This document shows, one piece after another, positions 53,451 to 64,000 of a DNA stretch of 64,000 bases. The stretch lies in assembly GCF_009914755.1 (NCBI RefSeq), contig NC_060927.1; one strand, 5' to 3'. The first letter of the stretch is position 1; the number at the start of each line of letters is the position of its first letter. The notes beneath the pieces were generated by a model that did not search any database, had not been told where the DNA came from, and worked only from the letters and a program-made list of their open reading frames with translations. Made by a program: the position numbers and the translations under genes. Origin of the DNA: the human T2T-CHM13v2.0 reference genome, Homo sapiens.

Positions 53451-55304
53451 ATAGTTTTTTTTTTTGACTCTTTTTTTATTATTATACTTTAAGTTCTAGG
53501 ATACATGTGCACAACGTGCAGGTTTGTTACATATGTATACATGTGCCATGTTGGTGCGCAGCACCCATTAACTCATCATTTACATTAGGAATATCTCCTA
53601 ATGCTATCCCCCCCCTCCCCCTACCCCACAACAGGCCCCCGTGTGTGATGTTCCCCACCCTGTGTCCAGGTATTCTCGTCGTTCAATTCCCACCTATGAA
53701 TGAGAACATGCGGTGTTTGGTTTTTTGTCCTTGCGATAGTTTGCTCAGAATGATGGTTTCCAGCTTCATCTATGTCCCTACAAAGGACATGAACTCATCT
53801 TTTTTCATGGCTGCATAGTATTCCATGGTGTATATGTGCCACATTTTCTTAATCCAGTCTATCATTGATGGACATTTGGGTTGGTTCCAAGTCTTTGCTA
53901 TTGTGAACAGTGCTGCAATAAATATACGTGTGCATGTGTCTTTATAGCAGCATGATTTATAGTCCTTTGGGTATATACCCAGTAATGGGATGGCTGGGTC
54001 AAGTGGTATTTCTAGTTCTAGATCCCTGAGGAATCGCCACACTGTCTTTCACAATGGTTGAACTAGTTTACAGTCCCACCAGCAGTGTAAAAGTGTTCCT
54101 ATTTCTCCACATCCTCTCCAGCACCTGTTGTTTCCTGACTTTTTAATGATTGCCATTCTAACTGGCATGAGATGGTATCTCACTATGATTTTGATTTGCA
54201 TTTCTCTGATGGACAGTGATGAGCATTTTTTCATGTGTCTGTTGGCTGCATAAATGTCTTCTTTTGAGAAGTGTCTGTTCATATCCTTCACCCACTTTTT
54301 GATGGGGTTGTATTTTTTCTTGTAAATTTGTTTAAGTTCTTTGTAGATTCTGGATATTTGCCCTTTGTCAGATGGGTAGATTGTAAAAATTTTCTCCCAT
54401 TCTGTAGGTTGCCTGTTCACTCTGATGGTAGTTTCTTTTGCTGTGCAGAAGCTCTTTAGTTTAATTAGATCCCATTTGTCAATTTTGGCTTTTGTTGCCA
54501 TTGCTCTTGGTGTTTTAGTCATGAAGTCCTTGCCCATGCCTATGTCCTGAATGGTATTGCCTAGGTTTTCTTCTAGAGTTTTTATGGTTTTAGGTCTAAT
54601 ATTTAAGTCTTTAATCCATCTTGAATTAATTTGTGTATAAGGTGTAAGGAAGGGATCCAGTTTTAGCTTTCTACATATGGCTAGCCAGTTTTCCCAGCAC
54701 CATTTATTAAATAGGGAATCCTTTCCCCATTTCTTGTTTTTGTCAGGTTTGTCAAAGATCAGATGGTTGTAGATTTGTGGTATTACTTCTGAGGACTCTG
54801 TTCTGTTCTGTTGGTCTATATCTCTGTTTTGGTACCAGTATCATGTTGTTTTGGTTACTGTAGCTTTGTAATACAGTTTGAAGTCAGGTAGCATGATGCC
54901 TCCAGCTTGGTTCTTTTTCTTAGGATTGACTTGGCAATGCGGGCTCTTTTTTGGTTCCATATGAACTTTAAAGTAGTTTTTTCCAATTCTGTGAAGAAAG
55001 TCATTGGTAGCTTAATGGGGATGGCATTGAATCTATAAATTACCTTGGGTAGTATGGCCATTTTCATGATACTGATTCTTCCTATCCGTGAGCATGGAAT
55101 GTTCTTCCATTTGTTTGTGCCCTCTTTTATTTCGTTGAGCAGAGGTTTATAGTTCTTCTTGAACAGGTCCTTCACATCCCTTGTAAGTTGGATTCCTAGG
55201 TATTTTATTCTTTTTGAAGCAATTGTGAATGGGAGTTCACTCATGATTTGGCTCTCTGTTTGCTATTGGTGTATAGGAATGCTTGTGATTTATGCACGTT
55301 GATT
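53451..55304 (-). mobile_element. 5'-truncated LINE-1 (L1PA5/6-like), 1.85 kb
   Basis: Poly(T) tail, 3'UTR, ORF2 C-terminal pieces; perfect 15-bp TSD tcaggctacaaaatt at 53436-53450 and 55305-55319. Confidence 0.97.
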
Positions 55305-55574
55305 TCAGGCTACAAAATTCTTAAAGTCAAGAACTATGTGCTACTTATATCTATGTGCTTTGCTATGCATAGAAAAATGTTTTACCTAAACATAGTGAAT
55401 ACTCAAAATAATTAAGTCAGGCTTTATTTTTCTCTTCTGTAAAATAATAACACTGAAAAATCTGTGTTTTTCAAAGTTATATTCTCTTTTAAGCAAGGTA
55501 CTTGACTTCAACAACATTGTCTATAAAATCCATATGTATTAAACAAATAAAGCTGACCCAATGTGGTTCAATAA

Positions 55575-56455
55575 AAAAAATAAAAACCACCCCATTAAAA
55601 AGTGGGCAAAGGACATGAACAGACACTTCTCAAAAGAATACATTCATGCAGTCAAACAAACATACGAAAAAATGCTCAACATCACTGATCATTAGAGAAA
55701 TCCAAATCAAAACCGCAATGAGTAATCATCTCATGCCAGTCAGAAGGCCATTATTAAAAAGTCAAGAAACAACAGATGCTGGTAAGGTGGTGGAGAAATA
55801 GGAATGCTTTTACACTGTTGGTGGGAATGTAAACTAGTTTAACCATTGTGAAAGATGGTGCGGCGTTTCCTCAAAGAGCTAGAGCCAGAAATACCATTTG
55901 ACCTAGCAATCCCATTACTTGGTATATACCCAAAGGAATATAAACCACCATTCTATTACAAAGATACATGCAGCTGTATGTTCACTGCAGTACTATTTAA
56001 AATAGCAAAGACATGGAATCAACCCAAATGCCCATCAATGATAGACTGGATAAAGAAAATGTGGTATATATACATACACCATGGAATATTATGCAGCCAT
56101 AAAAAGGAATGAGATTATGTCCTTTGAAGGGACATGGATGAAGCTGGAAGCCATTATCCTCAGCAAACTAACACAGGAACAGAAAATCAAACACCACATG
56201 TTCTCACTTATAAGTGGGAGCTGAACAATGGGATCACATGGACCTATGGAAGGGAACAACACACACTGTGGCCTATTGGGAGGTAGAGTGAGGGGAGAGA
56301 GAGTGTTAGAAAGAATGGCTAATGTCTGCTGGGCTTAATACCTAGGTGATGGGTTGATAGGTGCAGTAAACCATTGTGGCACACATTTACCTGTGTAACA
56401 AACCTGCACATCCTGCACACGTACTCCAGAACTAAACATGAAAAAAAAATTAAAA
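55575..56455 (+). mobile_element. Older L1PA 3' fragment
   Basis: cccattaaaaagtgggcaaaggacatgaacagacac...gggcttaatacctaggtgatgggttgatagg...A tail. Confidence 0.92.
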
Positions 56456-56538
56456 AGGAAAAACTGAGATGATATATGTGAAAGAATGTAGTGAAGAATA
56501 AAGCTTCACACAAATAAGCCAGTAGACAATATCTAACA

Positions 56539-57075
56539 TCATGGTTCATTTTATGTGTCCATGTGTTAGGCTACCATACCCAGATGTATTATCAAACACA
56601 TCTGGATGTTGCTGTGAAGGTTTTTTTTAGTTTTTATTTTTTTCCATGTGATTATCATTTAAATTAGTAGATTTGAAATTAATAAGGCAGATTTCCCTCT
56701 ATAAACTGGGTGGGTCTCATCCAACCAGTTGAAAGCCTTGAGAAAACAAATGATTTCCTCCAAAGAAGAGGAAATTCTGCCAGTGGACTGCCTTTGGACT
56801 CAAACTGCAATGTCTATTCTTCAGTTCTTCCCTGGGTTGCCTGCCTTCCTGCCTGACTGCCATGCAGGTTTTGAACTTGCCAGCCACCACCATCACATGA
56901 GCCAATTCCTGAAAATCAATGAAATCAATTTTTCTCCCCCACTTCTTGCTATTTCTCTCTCTCTTAGATGGATACATATATATTTATATATGAGTGAGTA
57001 TATGTGTTTGTACATGTATATATGTATATGCGCACACACACCCTGTTGATTGTTTCTCTGGAGAACCCTAATTTA
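56539..57075 (+). mobile_element. MLT2 (MLT2D-like) ERVL LTR
   Basis: atggttcattttatgtgtc, ggatgttgctgtgaagg, ctcatccaaccagttgaaagcctt, gtttctctggagaaccct. Confidence 0.85.
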
Positions 57076-57077
57076 CT

Positions 57078-57310
57078 TAACATTTATTCAGCACTAATCA
57101 TGAGTCTTATCAATAAATGCTATACAAATATTATCTCATTTAATCTTTACATAATAACGCATTATGAAACATGTATAAGTAGAACCTCCATTTTATAGGC
57201 AAGGAGAGAGACATCTAGAGACAAGTACTTGTCTAGTTCACACAGTTATTCAAGAGCAAAACTAAGATTCAAACCCAGGCCTATCTGAATGCAAAGTCCA
57301 AGCTCTTAAA
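57078..57310 (-). mobile_element. MIR SINE
   Basis: attatctcatttaatct...ccattttataggcaaggag...gattcaaacccaggc. Confidence 0.8.
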
Positions 57311-58014
57311 GGAGTCCATTATATTACGTTTTAAAACGCATGGAACAGTTTGGCCTCAAATTAACTAAATGACCTTTCTGTTAAAAGAATATATCTATAT
57401 CTGTATCTTCCTATAATCCATAGTGAAATTAGGCTCATTTTTCTGGGCTTGTATATATTTTCATTTGCTGTAATTATCCATTTTCCATTGTTAGAGAACA
57501 CCTAGTTAAATGAAGACATTTGTTCCTCCTGAAGTTGAAATAAACCTGCATTAAAATTACTGCAAAGCATATACCTCAGGACCTGAGATAAAATCATTAA
57601 TATAAACATAAATTACTTCATTTCAAAGGATTTTCAAAATTGAATTTCACAGCTGGAGTACATAAGAAAGCTGACCAATGCCCCAGTAATTAAAAGCAAA
57701 ACACTATCTTTCCATCTGGGCTTATTTGCTTTCTTTTGTTTTACAGGTATTTATAACTTTATTTTTTTAAGGAGAATGGTGTTGGGACATTTAGCTGCCT
57801 TAGGGTCAAAGAACAGTTCACTCCATTTTGGTGAGTGTTATGTCCAGGGGTGAAACATTTCTACCCATTTATTTATAATTACTTAGGAATATTTCAGTAA
57901 ACATTTCCAGAAGTGTAATTGCTGGATCAAAGTGTATGGATATTTTCAATGGCTTTTATGTTATCTAAGTGATATTTTAAAAACATAAAGTTGTTCTCCA
58001 AAATGGTTATGGTT

Positions 58015-58330
58015 GTTATTACTGTGGCTTACCAATATATGTCCTACTTGCCTTAAACCCTCTTTGTGCTCTGTGTGGGGCCATGTGACTAGTCCTAGCC
58101 AATGGATTGTAAGCAGAAGTGACAAGCGTCATTTTTGGGCTGGAAGATTGAATGGCCAGTGTGAGTCACTGAAGAGCACTTTTTCCTCTGCATGGGGACT
58201 GATGAAGAACCACGTACAGAGAGCCCAGCCAATGAACTCATGATGGACATGGACTGAGGGAGAAATAACGCTTTTGTTAAGAGAAGCCTCTGTGATTTCG
58301 AGTTAGGTACTGCAGCATAATGTAGTTTGT
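58015..58330 (+). mobile_element. Old MLT1 MaLR LTR
   Basis: ggggccatgtgactagtcctagccaatgg...gcagaagtgac, gagaaataa..tttgttaag. Confidence 0.7.
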
Positions 58331-58499
58331 CTTCGCCATTATGATGGTTGTATAATTTTTAATGCCACTAGCAACGTTTTTGTTTAGTTTAATTTTGTAA
58401 GCAGGCATTGTTTTTATGTTGCTGTGATTAAAAAGTAATCTGCAGAGTGCCACTTCATAGACTCTTATCCAATCTCTTCTTGCATCTGCTTGCATTACC

Positions 58500-59800
58500 C
58501 ACATGCCCAGCACTGACATTCATTTCTTAGGTGCTCTTAAGTTTTTAATGCACATTTTTATAAAAAAGTTCATATTTCATTTTTTTTCTGCAAAAGGTAC
58601 AGTACTCTACAAACCTTTCTACATCCTGCTTTCTAATTAAATCATTTTTTGGAGGTATTTCTTATCAGTACATGGAAAGCTTCATCACATTTGCACAGCT
58701 GCATAATACTGCCTTGTATGAATTAGCCTAAATTAACCATTCTTCTATTGTTAGGCAGATTGTTCTTAATCTTCAGCCATTGCAACAATGATGCAATGAA
58801 TGAACTTTTGTGTAATTTTATATGTGGACAAGTGTAACTTTAAGACGAATTTGTGGAAGTGGAGTTATGTCTCAAAGGGTATATGCATCTGTAGTTTGGG
58901 TTGGTGTTGTCAGATTGGCCTTCTGTCACCTTATGCTTCCAACAGCAATGTGTTACAGTGCCTGCTCCCTCACAGCTGCAGCAACTTTTTAAAACACTTA
59001 TAAATTTTCTTCATAAAGGTATCATGTATGTTTTGTTGAGTTTTATTTCTAGGTATCTTATCTTTTTGTGGTGCTGGTGTGAATGGAAAGCTTTCTTCCA
59101 ATATGTGCTTTAACAAATTGTTTTTATATATGAAGGCAATTGGTTTCTAAATTTTACATCCTATTAACTTATTGAATTTGAATTCTCTCATTGCTTGTAG
59201 TAGTTTGGATTTTTTAGGTATGCAATCATATTGTCTGACAATAGCAATAGTTTCCATGATTCTCATTTCATTCTATTGTTTAATTTTATTGGCTAGAACA
59301 ATGTCAAATCAAACTGGTGATGGTGGGTGCTCATGCTCTGTTTTGGAATTACACTGGGATGCCTGTAGTTAGTGTTTCACTGTTAAGTGTGATACTGGCT
59401 TTGGGACTGAGATATTACGAATGTGTCCAGCTTTTCTTGTATGATTGGATTTTCTTTTATGAACTGTTGATTTTTATCAAGTATCCTTTAAGTTTATTGC
59501 TGGATTCTCTTTCCTAATGGTTTGTAAAACATTTTTATATTGACAAAATAAGTGAGGTAAGGCAGTAGTTGGTGTATATGTGTGTGTACAACTAATATTT
59601 ACTTCATCAAAATAATTTGGAAGTTTCAATTTTCTCTACTTCTTGGGAAGTTTTAATTCACTTGGAAGTGCTTTTTAAGGATTTATTAAAATTATCCCAC
59701 AAATTCATCTAGCTCTGGTATTTTTTTGTTCTGTTACTTTTGGAGAGAGCAGGGATAGAAATTCAACATCTTTACCCATTTCTTTAAAAGTATTTTCTTT
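58500..59800 (-). mobile_element. Ancient L1M fragments
   Basis: Degraded antisense L1 3'UTR/ORF2 motifs such as gttttatttctaggtatctt, ttggctagaac. Confidence 0.55.
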
Positions 59801-59864
59801 TTGGAGGTGAGGAAATTTGTCTGTTTAGAGTTTTAAATTTCTTTTACTTTTAGTAATTTATTTG

Positions 59865-61810
59865 TATCAGTACCATGCTGTTGTGGTTACTGTAGCCTTA
59901 TAGCACAGTTTGAAGTCAGGTAATGTGATACCTCCAGCTTTGCTCTTTTTGCTTAGGGTTGCTTTGGCTATTCAGGTTCTTTTTGGTTCCATACAAATTT
60001 TAAGATAGTTTTTTCTAATTCTGTGAAGAATGCCATTGGTAGTTTGATAGGGATAGCATTGAATCTGTAAGTTGCTTTGGGCAGTATGACCATTTTAACA
60101 GTATTGTTGCTTCCTGTCCATGAGCATGGAATGTTTTTCTGTTTGTTTATATCATCTCTGATTTCTGTCAGCAGTGTTTTGAAATTCTCGTCCTAGGGAG
60201 GGTTCATTTCCCTGGTCAGCTGTATTCCTGGGTATCCTTTTCATGGCTATTGCAAATGGGATTGTGCTCTTAATTTGGCACTCAACTTGGATGTTGCTGG
60301 CGTATAGAAATGTTGCTAATTTTTGTATATTGATTTTGTATCCTGAAACTTTGCTAAAATTGTTTATCAGATCTAGGAGCTTTTGAGTAGAGTCTTACAG
60401 GGTTTTTCTAGGTGTAGAATTGTATCATCTGTAAACAGAGACAGTTTGGCTTTATAATTTCCTATTTGGCTGCCTTTTCTTTCTTTCTCTTGCCTAATTG
60501 CCTTGGCAAGGTCTTCCAGTACTATGTTGAACAGGAGTAGTGACAGTGGGCATTCTTATCTTGTTCCAGTTCTCAAGGGGGAATGCTTCCAGTTTTTGCC
60601 CATTCAGGATGATGTTGGCTGTGAATTTGTCATAGATGGCTCTTATTACTTTGAGGCATGTTCCTTCGGTACCTAGTTTGCTGAGGATTTTTCATAAGAA
60701 GGGATGTTGAATTTTATTGAAATCCTTTTCTACATCTATTGAGATGATCATGTGGTTTTGCTGTTATGTTTACGTGATGAATCACACTTACTGATCTTTA
60801 TATGTTGATGACGCCTATTTGTTCGTGGTGGATCAGCCTACTTCATTGTGGTGGATTAGCTTTTTAATTTGCTGCTGGATTTAGTTTGCTAGTATCTTGT
60901 TAAGGATTTTCGCATCTATGTTAATCATGGGTATTGGCTTGGAGTTTTCTTTTTTTGTTGTGTCTCTTCAAGGTTTGGTATCAGAATGATGCTTGCTTCA
61001 TAGAATGAGTTAGGGTAGAGTTCCATTTCCTCAATTTTTTGGAGGAGTTTCAAGAGGATGGGTACCTGTTCTTCTGTATACATCTGGTATAATTGGACTG
61101 TGAATCCATCTGGTCCTGGGCCTTTTCTGGTTGGTAGGCATTTTATGACTGCTTTAATTTCAGAACTCATTATTGGTCTGTTCAGGGATTCAGTTTCTCC
61201 TGGTTCAATCTTGGCAGCTTGTATGTTTCCAGTAACCTATTCTTTTATTCTAGGTTTTGTAGTTTGTGTGCATAGAAGTGTTCATAGCAGTCTCTGGGGA
61301 TATTCTGTAATGCTGTGGTGTTGGTGGTACTGTCCCCTCTATCATTTCTGACTGTGTTTATTTGGGTCTTCTCTCTTTTTATTAATCTAGCTAGCAGTCT
61401 ATCAGTCTTATTTATTCTTTCAACAAACTAACTCCTGGATACATTGATCTTTTGTATAGTTTTTTGTGTCTCAGTTTCATTCAGTTCAGCTCTGTTTTTC
61501 TTGATTTCTTCTGTTAGCTGTGGGGTTGGTTTTCTCTTGTTTTTCTAGTTCCTCTAGGTGTGTTGTTAGGTTGTTAATTTGAGATCTTTCTAACTTTTTG
61601 ATGTGGGCATTTATTGCTGTAAACATCCCTCTTAACATTGCTTTACCTGTGTCCCAGAGATTCTGATATGTTGTATCTTTGTTTTTACTAGTTTCAAAGA
61701 ATTTCTAGATTTCTGCCTTAATTTCATTGTTCACCCAAAAGTCATTGAGGAGCAAGTTGCTCAGTTTCCCTGTAATTGTATAGTTTTGAGTGATCATCTT
61801 AGTATTAATT
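59865..61810 (-). mobile_element. Older LINE-1 (L1PB/L1MA-type) ORF2 segment
   Basis: [19 protein letters not shown] peptide; cagtaccatgctg...tttgaagtcaggtaatgtga. Confidence 0.9.
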
Positions 61811-61811
61811 T

Positions 61812-64000
<2,189 letters not shown>

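Overview
Primate (human-like) non-coding DNA, intronic or intergenic, AT-rich and dominated by interspersed repeats. I could not support any host protein-coding exon, RNA gene or CRISPR array. The recognisable protein-coding ORFs in the track are decayed LINE-1 ORF1/ORF2 pieces; the rest are Alu, LTR or VNTR read-throughs or chance ORFs. From 1 to 47 kb the window is a mosaic of old MIR, L2, MER and MaLR elements, seven Alus and several solo LTRs (MSTB, MLT1, LTR33, MER50, an LTR15/LTR2-type copy and an LTR7C-like HERV-H copy). From 47.7 to 64 kb it is a LINE-1 pile-up: an internally deleted L1PA10/11-like copy carrying an eighth Alu, an inverted L1PA5/6-like copy, older L1 fragments, and an L1PA4-like copy running off the window. 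The most unusual signals are local copy-paste scars rather than a new gene system: (1) a 342-bp unique segment copied 4.5 kb downstream into an L2 with microhomology at both ends; (2) a 34-nt piece matching the HERV-H LTR sitting inside a neighbouring LTR between 12-bp direct repeats; (3) serial micro-duplications in L1 ORF2; (4) a solo LTR flanked by an atypical 9-bp duplication. There is also a perfect 42-bp VNTR. Subfamily names come from recalled consensus sequences, not a database search, and boundaries of old repeats are approximate.
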